Source: Octopus vulgaris (taxonomy: Eukaryota). Taken from it: a stretch of DNA of 64,000 bases. Of the stretch, positions 39,695-52,194 are shown piece by piece. Numbering within the stretch: the stretch's first letter is position 1; each line of letters starts with the position of its first letter. Below the pieces are notes generated by a model, which was not told where the DNA came from, searched no databases, and worked only from the letters and a program-made list of their open reading frames with translations. The DNA lies in NCBI GenBank assembly GCA_951406725.2, contig OX597814.1, positions 12,276,001-12,340,000 on the forward strand, in the 5' to 3' direction. Position numbers and translations under genes: made by a program.

Positions 39695-41570
39695 GAGAGA
39701 ACACCGGGGGACGTTTAACATGTGAGAGCGATAAAACATTGCTCCGAAATCTATCCACAAACATCAGAAACAAAGATATCGTATGGAGCTAAAAAATAAC
39801 TGACAAAGGATTGGACTATATCCGAGTAAGTAATACTCATTGAAATTTATTGCTATTTTCCAAACGAAATGATGTATTTTTAACTCGATATCATCTCCAC
39901 CTCTTGCACAGCACAACATGTAAACATGCTTGATACATTACGATCCATCAACACCAGATCATCTCCGGCCGCAAACACCATGTACAAAAAAACTACGAAT
40001 AAATCAAATAATACCGGTATTATTTAACCCAAGAATAACAATCGGGAATTACGTTCTCTAAACTTACTACACAAAAAGTACGAAAAACTACACGTGCAAA
40101 ACAATGTGACAACAGAAATGAACGGACCGGTACCCTACGAAAATGACGACCGTCAAAATAATGGGCCGGACGTTGTTCCTCATGTCCCGCAAATAAAACC
40201 AAATAGGCATAAATGGACACGTGAGGAATACATTTCAATCCTACACGCTTACTTTACAGCAGTGCTCTACCCAAAGAACGAAAACACAACACACTATACA
40301 TATAAAATATGGAAGTAAAATAACATAAATAAAGACTTGGATACAGCAATGAACCCTAATAAACTAACTAACGTACGAAGCCACAAAAGAAGCTGAATAC
40401 TCCCTCAAACCCATCCAAACAGGAGTACCACCACCCAAACAAACCCTGTGGATAAATAACACCCCCCCCGCCAAAAATACAAAAATGAGAAAAGATCTGT
40501 CGATTCTTAACGAAATCAGTAGACAATCAACGCTACTAAGCAACAAAAAGAAAACAAAAATACTGTGCTAATACAGCATCACAGAAAAAGATTTACCTGA
40601 GATAAAAGAAAAGCTAAAGCAAAATATCCTTGCCAAAGCACAAAGGATCCGCCGGTTTGAGAATCGCTAACGTTTCTTTGAACAAAACAAACAGTTCAAC
40701 TGCAACCCCAAAAAGTTCCACCAAGAACTTGGCAAAAATAAAATAGACATCACTGCAGCACCAACGGCAGAAGAAGTAGAAGAATTCAAGAAAGAAATAT
40801 GGTCGGCGAATGAACAACCAAAAAAAAAGTATTAAAACAACAAACTTAGCATCTGAGCAACTTTGGATCCCCATAACAACTGAAGAATGAGGAAGTGTTT
40901 CCGCTGTGCCGCATCTGCAACAGATTGGATGAAACATTTCCCATATCACGAACGATTGCCCTAGACTTGCCCAAAACTATTACGAGTTGTGGGGACACGA
41001 TCAGATAGCGACAGTGCTACATTGGAAACTGCGAAAAGTGGGGGCTAGAGAGAGGCAAGACGAGGTATGAGCGCAAACCACAGAGAGCGGCTGAGTCGGA
41101 GACTAGCAAAATCCTCTGTGATTTCGAAATCCAAACAGATGAGGTGCTAGAGCTTAACAGACCGGATCTGGTGGTCAAGGACGAGGTGCAAAACATATGC
41201 TATATAACTGATGTTGCATACCCTTTTGACACACGAATAGTCAAGATGGAAGGCGAAAAGATAGATAAATACAACCCTCTTAAGTACGAAATAGCCTGGC
41301 TGTGGAAAATAAAGAAGGCGAAGATTATGCCAATTATTATTGGATCCTTAGGAACAGTATAAGAAGGCATTATCGAGAATATATAGGAAATTGGAATAGA
41401 ATGCCCAATAGAACTGTTACAAAAGTTTTGCCTCTTTGACACAGCCAGAATAAATGGGAAGTAGTAGATAGCCGAAAAGAACGGATAAATATGGTACAGT
41501 AGGCTGCAGGTAGCAAGCCCACCACGCATGCAAGACTCCAGGAGCTCCAACAAAACCTGTGATAAAGAGG
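39694..41570 (+). mobile_element. Internally deleted R4/Dong-clade non-LTR retrotransposon (N-terminus plus CCHC/REL endonuclease; RT lost)
   Basis: RHKWTREEY N-terminus; KAQRIRRFE..FEQNKQF; CRIC..ETFPHI..DC; NRPDLVV...DVAYP...EKIDKY...PIIIGSLG. Confidence 0.85.
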
Positions 41571-41739
41571 TGTGTCGATTTGAGCGGAATGAAGGAAACC
41601 TGATCAGAGCATCAACGCTTGGCTGTAAGCATGGTACACCACTGTGCGGGAGTTGTGGAATGGACATAGGTGTAACTGGTCTGCATGGCTGGAGTAACCA
41701 AGAAGATGACAGCCATGCATAGGTGCTTTCATGCTAGAA

Positions 41740-42450
41740 ATAATGTAGCAAAGTTTTATCTATCTAGAAAGAAAGGTGGAAGAGGATTGTTTGGAATACA
41801 GGATAGTGCTACTGAGAGCAAGTCTTAGAGATGGTGAATAAAGAATATTGTAGGCTGCACTGTGTGAGAAGGTGATAGGAAATAACGATGAAGCTCTTCT
41901 TCAGGGGTAAAAATACAGGACTAATGAAGGGAAAATTAACTGGAAAGAGAAAGTTCTACACAAAGAGTTTTTCCAACAAACATAGAATGAAGGTGATGAA
42001 GAATCTTGGAGATTGTTGACATGAATTTTAAAAGAAGACCCAAGAATTGATCCTTGCTGCCTCAAGGACCTCTGTCTAATACGACGTTGAGAAGGCAGTA
42101 GAAACGCCTTCGTGTAAATTATGTTGAAAATCATCCAAGACAGACAAACACGTAGCGGAAGCTCAAAGCTGTCCCAAAAGAAGTTAAAAAACGTCATGCA
42201 AAGCGGAATTACAAATACGCTGAGTGTTGTTCAGGAAGTATGGGCTACAATGTCCCAACAAGATGTACGAGCACCAAACTTTGCCTATAGCATAAACTGA
42301 TCAGGTAAAATTCATGTGAGATATGCCAATCTACAGATGAGAAGATGTAACATGACCGACCAAATATTTCTCTCCTACTGAAGGAGCCCAAAGTATAGAC
42401 CTTCATCAACATAGCAATTCTTGCTGATTAGAATATTGTGAAAACATGAT
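41740..42450 (+). pseudogene. Second decayed R4-like LINE C-terminal fragment
   Basis: FYLSRKKGGRGL; RKYGLQCPNKMYEH. Confidence 0.6.
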
Positions 42451-42519
42451 GGTGAGATGGATTATGCCAATTTCACTTGAATAACAATCTGTAATAGTAT
42501 TTAGAATTATTTTATCATG

Positions 42520-43520
42520 TACTGTGTATAGGATACCAGCAAAGATCCTTTTGCATTAGGCTGGGCAATGAAGAACTATTCATGACAGCGGTGTCTAATA
42601 TATCTCTAAATTTCCAGGAAACATAAATAACGTTTTGGGAAATACAGATTATAAAAATGAGACGTTTTCATACAATTTAGCTATAAAGATCCTAGGTGAT
42701 AAGTTTGCCATGTAAAGTCATCAATCAAGTGCTCAGTATGGGGGATGACAGTTAATTAGGACAATGCACTTAAAATGAGGCGGATATTCGTGCAGTGGTG
42801 CTATTCATTTGCCATACATTCCAATAGCCATCCCTTGGGGTGCTTCATATTAAAAACACAAGTGTTGTAGTAATACTTCTGAGTAATTTCCATGACACCA
42901 TGAAAAAGATCTTAGAAGCAGAAATTTAAATTTTATTCAAAACTTGAAAGGGATTTCCTGCAACTGCATTTTCTCAAGTTTAAGAGAAACGCCTATAAAG
43001 GCAGTAGCTTTCGTACTTTTTTTTGTTTAGACAGCATAGCAGGTTTCAACATGAGCTTCTTATCAGAGAATTCGCTGCTGCCGCTAGCACTCGATATGTC
43101 TCAACGGAACTGACAGAGGTTGTGATATATTTTGCTTGCCAGCAGCGCTTAAATGAATCTTTCACAGATGATATTAATGTCGATCCTCCTCTGAGAATGA
43201 AAATTAGGGGTACTTAGGGTGATACATACAGCGAATGATGTCATGGATCAGTATTTCAAAAGGAGTGATTTCCAAGAGACCATTCGGATTACTGCTCATG
43301 ATCCGAGATGCAAACCCCTGGAAGTAAGGATGGAATGAAGCTAGTTCCAGTTTGGACTATACTACTACTTGAGAAGGATGCCTCCTACAAAGTGTTTCTG
43401 TACAATTCTTGCTACAAATTGTCCTGTACAAAGTTAAGTTCATTGTGTAAGTCTTACAAAATCATCATCAACATTGAAATGTACACGTTTATGCAACTAC
43501 AAATGTACTGAATAAATGAC
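42520..43520 (+). pseudogene. Decayed coding remnant of a probable large DNA transposon with a Cys-rich C-terminus
   Basis: EADIRAVV...NTSVVVILLSNFH, LVPVWT and a Cys-rich tail; many stops. Confidence 0.3.
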
Positions 43521-43811
43521 AATATTTCCATTTATATGTCCAACACAAACTTTAAAAACTTTCTCACAATTCATAAAATAATTTAATGGATGTCTTTGGG
43601 GGCGGGGGTAATAAATTAATTACATAAAATTTGTATAAGCTTTCGAATTATATTTGAGTATCTCTTTTGTTTGTATGCGTTTTTAATTAATTCTGAAATA
43701 AACTGTTGTTAATGGATTTTCTCTGATGTCGTAAATAGTGCCTTATAGAGATAAGATAACTGTAAATGGGATTTGAGGTTTTCATTTAAAAGCAAATGAC
43801 ACTGAATACCA

Positions 43812-44028
43812 ATTTCTTTATTACCCACAAGGGGCTAAACATAGAGGGGACGAACAAGGACAGACAAACGGATTAAGTCGATTATATCGACCCCAGTGCA
43901 TAACTGGTACTTAATTTATCGACCCCGAAAGGATGAAAGGCAAAGTCGACCTCGGCGGAATTTGAACTCACAACGTAACGCAGCCGAAATACCGGTAAGC
44001 ATTCCGACCGATTCTGCCAGCTCGCCGC
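43812..44028 (-). mobile_element. SINE family A
   Basis: Core, tail and partly deleted head. Confidence 0.88.
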
Positions 44029-44825
44029 AGCTTAGACCGTCAACTAAAACATTAGAGCCTTTTGAATACTTCCGCTTTCCTAGAAAACACAGAGACATGC
44101 CACACGAGGTTCCTACATTCCACTTTTGGGTTTATAACTGTCCATTCCGGCTGAAATTTAATTTAGGTTCTTATCTTTAAATGTGATGACAAAAATTATA
44201 CTTTTGCATCAATTTCAAATGACTAGTTGCCAGATTATTCTAGTATGCTAGTTATTTTCCAGTTTGCTTTCATAGTTGTTGCTGTTGTTTTTGAAGTGTA
44301 GCTACAAAGTTGATTTATTGCCTTTAGGCAGTCGGCCACTCGTCATATCTATTGCACCAGGTTAATTCTATTTACATCATGTTAGTTGCCTACCACATTG
44401 TGCCCTTGTTTATTGTATGAATTACATGTTTCTTTTACTGTCCAATCTATAATCTTGCTAAATGCAGAATTTTTTAATGCAGTATTGGACCTGTTAGAAT
44501 TAGTTGCCAAATTTCTCTTAAATCACAGAACAAACCTAAATAATTTACATAGTGAATCTGATTTCTGATATCATATTTATCTGGTATTCAAACAGATGTC
44601 TTAGAACAATCTGCTAATTATTTTGGTTTCAATATTATCAACGCAATACTATTTTGAAATATTGATTTCTTGTCGAAGTATTCTGGCTGCTGTAGCCTTT
44701 GTTGGCGAGAGAATAACAAAAATAAAATAACAAACAAACAAACAATATTCATATATTTTTCAAAGTTCTAAGTTTTCAACAGTTTATCGTCAATACGCCA
44801 CAGGATCTATTGATTATTCGATGGA

Positions 44826-44987
44826 AGATTTGTCCGGGTAAAATTGCCATTCGGATTCATAGGGACGATGTGTCCTGGTCAAATTTCTATTTGGATTTAT
44901 AGGAACGAACTTTTGTCCTAGTCAAATTTCCATTTGGATTTATAGGAACTAAGATTTGTCCTGGTTAAATTTCCATTCGGATTTTAG
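44826..44987. repeat. Minisatellite, ~40-bp unit (TTGTCCTGGTCAAATTTCCATTYGGATTTATAGGAAC), 4 copies
   Basis: Direct reading. Confidence 0.85.
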
Positions 44988-45451
44988 TTCTAAACAGTCA
45001 TATAGGTTTCTGTCTATAATGCTACATATCTAAAGCTCCAGTCCTCCAGTAAATAAAGAAAACATAAGCAACTATAAAAAAACATTAAGAGAGAAAGAGT
45101 AATAGATTCCTTCCCCTACAAAAAGATCTTGACTGACGACATATCTATTACTTTACCGGTTATACTACAGAGTGTTAGTCCTTTTCTTTCAAATCTGGTA
45201 CCGCAAATTGTTCTTGGATGAATTATACTATTTTATTTTCAGGGGGTAATTTATCAGGGACCGAATATCAAAAGGTGGCACTTTTTACTGTCTAACTTAG
45301 TGAATTATTTTAATTAAGTTTGATGCTTACGATGAAAAGTAAAAGCTATTCCATGGCATCAGTAAAATAGACTAATCTATAAGGGCCGAGTGACTGACAT
45401 AGCTTGTGGAGGTAAAATAACACAGTTAAAATAAGAAAAGCACTTGTAGTA

Positions 45452-45649
45452 CAGTAAGCCCTCGACTATCGCGAGTGTTAAGTTTCAACCCCACCTCCAC
45501 GTAGTACTGTACTGTATATTTTTCTATTATTTTTATAATTTGTATGTATTTATTTTATTATAAAGGCAAAACAAGACCACGAAGGAATCGAGGCAAGCTT
45601 AGATAATAAACCGCGATAGGTGAACCGCGATGGGGGGTGGGAATTACTG
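45452..45649. mobile_element. Tigger/pogo-type MITE
   Basis: TA-CAGTAAGCCC ... GGGAATTACTG-TA termini. Confidence 0.65.
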
Positions 45650-45958
45650 TACATAAAGGGCTCTATAATGTAATTAGTGCTCCGAGAGATAGGTAGTGCT
45701 AATCTTGGTAGCAGACTTGTTACGTCTGTCTTACTAAAATCGATGCTGATAATGCCCTATATTAAATCCTTAGTAGTTAATTCTAAAATAGTTAAGAACA
45801 TAATTTCATGAGATAGACCCTTCTTGCACCTTGGAATGTATTGTCAGAAACCACAATAGGTGAAAGAAAATTAACGTCCTAAATTAATACGCCTCGAGTT
45901 TTTTTTTATACTGCATAGTATTTTAATGCTTTTTCTGTTCTAAAAGAGCTTATATTCA

Positions 45959-46182
45959 TTAATCGTTTAGTATTTAGGCCGTATCTGCCCAAAATATTCT
46001 ACCTGTTTTATGTTCAAACTGGCCAGATCATGCCTCACACACTTATGCTGCAATATCATAGGGAAAATAAACAATCACATCCTAGAAATCTTAGAGCTAT
46101 GTCATAAGCCATGATTAATTCAAGATAATAGGAATAAATAAATATTAAATTTGACAGAATAATCTGAATGCTAAACAGTTAA
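45959..46182. mobile_element. piggyBac-type MITE
   Basis: TTAA at both ends; imperfect TIRs GTTTAGTATT and AATGCTAAAC. Confidence 0.5.
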
Positions 46183-46225
46183 TGGCTTTAATAAATGCTT
46201 CTGGCACCATGGAAGAGTGAAATTA

Positions 46226-46780
46226 TTGGGTTGTCCGGTAAGTTCGTGCCAATTTTTAAAGGAAAGAAAAAGGTCGACAAATACTTGCCATTACATTTTT
46301 AATCAACCAAATATGAACCATTTTGTTGCACAATGCATCTCTATCTTTCATTTAACTTGAAAATACCCTCTTCCCAGAATTGAGGTGGTTTCATAGCAAA
46401 GAATTCATCAAGGTATCTTTTTACATCATCCAAGAAACTGAATTTTTTACCATTAAGACTATTCTACAGAGATCTGAATAAGTGGAAATCCGAAGAAGCA
46501 ATATCTAGTGAATATAGAGGGTGGGGTAACACATCCCAGCCGAGCTGCAGCAATTCCCAAATCATCAAGTGCCGAAAATGAATTTTCTTATCTCCCATTT
46601 TAAAGGGTTACAGAATTAACACAGGTTATAAGAACATAAATCTTCTTCTACGAAAAGATAGCTTAAACTATGCTCTAAATGGAGGTGTAGTCAAATCCTG
46701 TTTTATGGACTCAACCATGTTCTAAAATAAGTCGAAAGGTAAGCTACAATAAATCGGCATGAACTTTCCGGACAACCCAA
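46226..46780 (-). mobile_element. Internally deleted mariner element
   Basis: TIRs TTGGGTTGTCCGGTAAGTTCGTGCC and GGCATGAACTTTCCGGACAACCCAA with TA TSD; HPLYSLDIASSDFHLFRSL*NSLNGK. Confidence 0.88.
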
Positions 46781-46898
46781 TATTTAGTGAACCAGAGACA
46801 ATGCACGGTAGATTGACTTCAAGCAACGGCTGTGTATTATATACAATAAATATGCATTGTGTTGTATATTATAATTTAGTCTCAATGAGCGTCTAGAC

Positions 46899-47120
46899 CA
46901 GTGATACTTAACCGGGGTTGCTTTAAATGTATGTATTGGTATATTTTGCAAAAAGCAGTTAGATTACTTTCTCTAACACTTTACATAGTTCAACCTACAC
47001 AACTTAATGAGTGAATAACAAAATAGGAATTTTGAAAGAATTTTGAAAGAACTTCACTAGAATAAAATAATAATCAAAGAGGTCCGTAGATAGAAAATGG
47101 TTGAGAGTTCGTAGACTCTA
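46899..47120. mobile_element. Possible hAT-type MITE
   Basis: CAGTGAT start; TCTAGA on both flanks; right TIR degenerate. Confidence 0.35.
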
Positions 47121-47464
47121 GACTGTTGCTCGACATAGAACACACATTTGACAATATGGTTCTGAATGACTTCTGTCTGAATAAAAGACTGAGAATTCCA
47201 AAATATGTTCAGGACTGTATCGAAAATCTATACGCAATGAATGTCATTGACCTTGCTGTTTGCTCCCATGGGTGACCTAGATAAAAAAAACGGCAAGATC
47301 GCAAGATCTTTAATCCTAGAATTAGGGAATAAACATTGATATGGGAAAATCATTAATAAGAATTCTAAGCCAACACGTTCTCCATCGTTGTCGTCGACGT
47401 CCTCGTCACCACGACCAATAAAATCAGTAACCTGAATTGCACCACCAAACATTCGTATGTGAGT

Positions 47465-47506
<42 letters not shown>

Positions 47507-47944
47507 ATTTGCAATGATACAACTGTTATTTTAATCTAAACTTTCCCGAGCAAAGGAAATATAGATATAGCGAGGAACGATTATTATGGGAACAAATAAA
47601 CAGTTAAGATTGTTTCACATTCTTTTTTTCTATTAATATACAAATATAGGACATAACTTTTCAAAGTTTAAATCCGACAAAACGAAATAAGAACAAACAA
47701 GAGTATATTAACCTCATTTGAAACAAAATTTTAAAAAAATATTTAGAAATAAAAACTAATTACAAATATTTAATTGTAGCAAAATGAAATGGAATGTTGC
47801 GACTTGTATATTTTTTCAAGCATATGAATGATAACGTTGAACGATAAAATAATTTAAATTCTTAAATATAAACACAACAGAAGCGAAAATCTATACACTA
47901 GTGAATGTTGTGTATAAAGTCTCTTGCATATGAGAAATCAACAG

Positions 47945-47978
47945 TTTTGGCGGGAATTTTTTTGCATAAATATATAAA
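47945..47978 (+). promoter_or_regulatory. Possible promoter: E2F-type TTTTGGCGGGAA followed by TATATAAA
   Basis: Motif match at the start of a 2.5-kb repeat-poor stretch; no expression evidence. Confidence 0.25.
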
Positions 47979-49140
47979 GCTGCTTGTTAAACTTTAAAAA
48001 AAGTTATTTGCAAAAATGAAATGCTTGGTTTAATGTTGTTAAAATTTGTGGATGTAGATAAGTTGGCGTTAACATCTCCCCGAGCGAATAAGTCTTTGGC
48101 TTTTTACTAAAAGAAGTAATTGTTTATGTAATGTTAACAGTCATTTGTAAGAAACTAGAATTAAATATACGCTAAGAAAAAGTTTTCAATATAATTTTGG
48201 TTATTTTTTAATATTTCGAATATTTTGATTATTTGGGATACTCCGGACAAATTTAGTTTCTTTATAAACGCATAAGCAAAGCTTTAACTTTTGCAACACT
48301 TGTCGAAGTAGCGAGAATTACTTACTAAATATATAAGATCCTATGTTTATTGACTAAAAATTAAAATTCTTATCCAGAAGAAAATTTTTCCTCGGGACAA
48401 TTTGAGAATTTCATTGGAGAAATTGATTTTAGGCTGAAAAACTCTTCATTGTGAGCTGCACTGTTTCTGAGTAAATTTACCTTCCTTAGTGTTGACTTTA
48501 GGGATACTAATAAATTAATACGAAACTATTAATAGTATGCATTATATGGTTTTGTTGAGAATCTTGCTCTCTAATTATATATTGGAGAAATCGGCATATT
48601 GAGCTAGTAAAGGAAAAAGAAGCAAAAAGAATAAAAGTTAAAATTTCTGGCTTAAATTATTTACAGAAACCCCTTATAAGAATTAACTGCAGGAACTACA
48701 TTAGTTAAGATAATCTTAACATTTAATTCATGAAAAATTAAGGAGCTGACTAGAAATAATCATGTGAGTAAAACAAAAATATTGGGTAATAACTAATATT
48801 TGAACTCCTTCGGCAAAGGCAGGAATCAAACATAATTCTATCCTATGATATCATCAGGAAATTACAAACTTTTTACCAAAGTATTGATGAGGAAATCAGA
48901 AAGTTAATGTGCATCAATGCATAACTGGTTAGCTGTGAGAAACAGAGGTAGATTTACGGTTTAAATACAGTCGTTTTTGTAAAACAATGTCTGTAGTTCT
49001 ACATGTTCCCTTTAATCGATTTGTTGAAGAAATATATTAGACTTTTCTGCGGAAAATAATTAATAAAATGGCCTATCACGTATGCTGAAGATTTAAAATG
49101 TTTGCTTTTGTATTACTTAGTTAGAGATGTACCAGCGGCC

Positions 49141-49344
49141 ATGACCCCAGCCAGGCCTTCAAAACTGGAGCATCAGGGAAAAGAACAAATTATTTCTTTG
49201 AGGAAACAAATCAAATCAGAAACTTTTAGTTCAATACAGGGGTCTGCGCTGAATTCTTGCGATAGTGAGGATTCTGCTAAAGGCATCCACGGGCCAGGTG
49301 GTGGTATAAAAATGGTGTCCGATGAAATATGTTACTCCATAACA
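49141..49344 (+). CDS. Candidate coding exon, product unknown
   Basis: GCCATG start, open frame, non-repetitive, GTAAAT donor at 49345; weak chaperonin-N-terminus-like GPGGGIKMVSD. Confidence 0.2.
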
Positions 49345-49978
49345 GTAAATAAACTTTCTACCTTGTCATGAATAATCAATTTTAATTGCTAAGAAAGCAC
49401 CATGCTTTAATTTGAAAATGCATTATAATTGATTTTTCAGATTTATTTCTTGTCAATTAAAAACCATAATAAAGGTAAAATATGTACTGTTCCATAATGA
49501 GACAACAAAGACAAACAGAAATTAATGTGTGTTAAAAATATATTCATTTATGCAAATTGCATTTGAACAGAGATAATGCCTCGCAAGAAGAACTATGTAT
49601 TATGACATCCATTTCCCTTTAAATAGTATTAATCTTATTTTGAAGCAAAATAAACTGAACTGCGAATCCTGTGCACATAGCTAATCAGGAAAATACAACG
49701 TCAGGAAAAGCTTCTATCGTAGATAGTAGACATAGTCCGTCACCGGTCTTAACACTATCATTTGGCCATTGAAAACGTTATGTGGAATACAAGCATTCTG
49801 GCTAGGCCCCGATCTCAGAATAACTTCATCTCTTCATATCAACTGTCTTAGAGGCCCCGAATCGAGGGTTTGAGAGCACTCATTTCTCCTTAGGCTGGAT
49901 ACACGGTAGAACAGCTACAAGACTCATAATGCCTGTTGAGGTAGAAATACGAATCAAAATTTGTTCTCTTCTCTTCAG

Positions 49979-50005
49979 ACAATCAAACTATATATTTTCA
50001 TGAAG
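49979..50005 (+). CDS. Candidate 27-nt symmetric microexon
   Basis: TTGTTCTCTTCTCTTCAG acceptor and AAG/GTATGC donor; open in phase 1 (DNQTIYFHE). Confidence 0.25.
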
Positions 50006-50354
50006 GTATGCCAGTTTCGAAGAATTCGTGATCATTAAGACTATGCCCCTTTTCATTTGGTGACAGATGCTATAGTAGAAGACACTTGTTCAAAGAATGA
50101 ACTCAGAACCATGTGGTAGAGATGCAAACATTTTACTAAATAGCCACACCCATATGTACATGTATATGTATCGATGGCTATCTTTTCAGTAAATCTTGCC
50201 CAAAGCATTCGTTTATTCTCCCCTCAAAAGGGGAGTTATATCCCTTTGCTCACATTTGTTTTATTTGTATACATACATACATACATGCATACATAGATAC
50301 ATGTATATCCGTGTGTGTATGTGTGTGTGTGTGTATCTGCATGTGTATATTTTA

Positions 50355-50712
50355 ACTTTTATCTTTTACTTGTTTCAGTCATCAGATTGCAGACATGATG
50401 GGGCATCGCCTTGAGGAATGGACGTTTAAGCCTAGTACTTACTCTATCAGTTTCTTTTTGTCGAACCGCTAATTTACGGCGACGTAAACACACCAACACC
50501 AATTGTCAAGCTCTGGTGGGTGACAAACACAGACACAAAGACACACATACACCGACGTATATACATATACGACGAGCTTCAGTTTCCGTCTACTAAATTC
50601 CCTCACAGCGCTTTGTTTGGCCCGAAGCTATAGTAGAAGACCCATGTCCAAAGAATGAACTCAGAACCATGTGGTAGAGATGCAGACTTTTTACTAAATA
50701 GCCACACCCATA
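50355..50712 (-). mobile_element. Diverged SINE family B
   Basis: Homology to family B. Confidence 0.75.
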
Positions 50713-51654
50713 TGTACATATACCTGTATTGATAGCTATCTATTCAGTAAATCATGTCCTTTCTAAATAGATTAGTAATTAATTTCAGGAACAAAACGGA
50801 ATTTCATCAATATCTCGGGAGCTAGAAATAAACCAGATCCCTCTCATCACTTAGCGAACGATTTCAACTTGCTCAAAGGCATTAACGTTGAACAAGTTCA
50901 TGAATTTGGAAACTTATTTACAGCCATTAGAAGACGAGAATTTCGCGAAACTATACTTTAAAAATCCGATAAAACTATGGGTAGAGAAAAATATATATTA
51001 TTTCAAATTAAAAAGAAATTTAAAACATTATGAGATTGTTTTTGTTTTGTACATATTTACACATTTAGTTTATATGTTTTTGTCTGAAGTCTATGTATTT
51101 ACATTAACATTAGAACTGACATATTGTAACTATCGCAGACTTAACGCCAAACACTTTTACCAACAAACATGTCAAGGTTTGGTAAACTCACACAACACTT
51201 CATGTTATTGCTCAAACATGCAGAAAAATGCAGTCCAAAATCTCACAGATCGTATCCTTAAATAAAAGCGACATTGTACAGTACAATGCTTTATATACAA
51301 ACGGCGGGAGTGTTAGGAGTGCAATGCCTGCCTTTTAGCATAAATTTTCGACTAATATTTATCTAGGACTACATGACAATACCAAAAATTTATTGGAGTC
51401 AGCGTGGGATGGTTTCTGCATATACCAGTGGTCTGCTGAATTTTAACACCGAATTTCCCTCAGATTATACTCCACCATCAGAAATTAGGAAAGGATATAT
51501 TAGAAACTACAGTACTCTGAATACCGACAGAGAAAATAATATATGCATATGTGTATATTTGTATATGTGTATATGTGTGTGTAAAGATATATATATATAT
51601 GTGTGTGTGTGTGTATGCATGTATAACTTAATAAACACAATATATGTTTTTTAT

Positions 51655-51739
51655 GTACTACTATTAGTTTCATGTACTGAGAGCATGCCAGACCATATTT
51701 TTTAAACATTTCTGGTCTCGTAGCACAATCATCAGGCAC
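51655..51739 (-). ncRNA. Type I hammerhead ribozyme with intact CUGAUGA/GAAA/GUA core
   Basis: Minus strand GTGC-CTGATGA-T-TGTGCT...AGTACA-T-GAAA-CTAATAG-TA-GTAC. Confidence 0.72.
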
Positions 51740-52106
51740 TGCCCACATGGCATAGCAAACTAAAAATGGGATGATAAGATGAGAGAAAAAGCAAGAAAAG
51801 GCGTGACAGAAGTAGATAAAAAAGGTGGAAGGTTGAAAAACTGGAAAACGAAAAAGAAAACAGAAAGAAGCAAAAGGGGGAAATTAAAGTTATTTCCCCT
51901 TAAACTGTAAAATATAAGGTTAAAAATATTGTAGGTTAGAGTCTGTGGTACAGTTGTTCAATCTGGAGAGGGCGGTACTTTCCAGTTCGTCAACAAGAAA
52001 TTAGTCATATGCTCACAACCGCTGAAAATTTCGGATCTCACAGAATCCAATCTTTAAATAATTTAATCCTATCGTCCCGCGTTTAGTTCGTTATACAGTG
52101 TGAGTA

Positions 52107-52194
52107 ATGCCTGATGATCGTGCTAGAAGAATAGACGAGTTTAAAAAATAATACTGTCTGGCATGCTCTGAGCACGTGAAACTAATAGTAGCAC
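52107..52194 (+). ncRNA. Type I hammerhead ribozyme with intact CUGAUGA/GAAA/GUA core
   Basis: TGC-CTGATGA-T-CGTGCT...AGCACG-T-GAAA-CTAATAG-TA-GCA. Confidence 0.72.

Noticed and set aside
50888-51265. 125-aa ORF
   Set aside because: TTG start, AT-rich low-information peptide, no motif; 3' part overlaps a degenerate repeat
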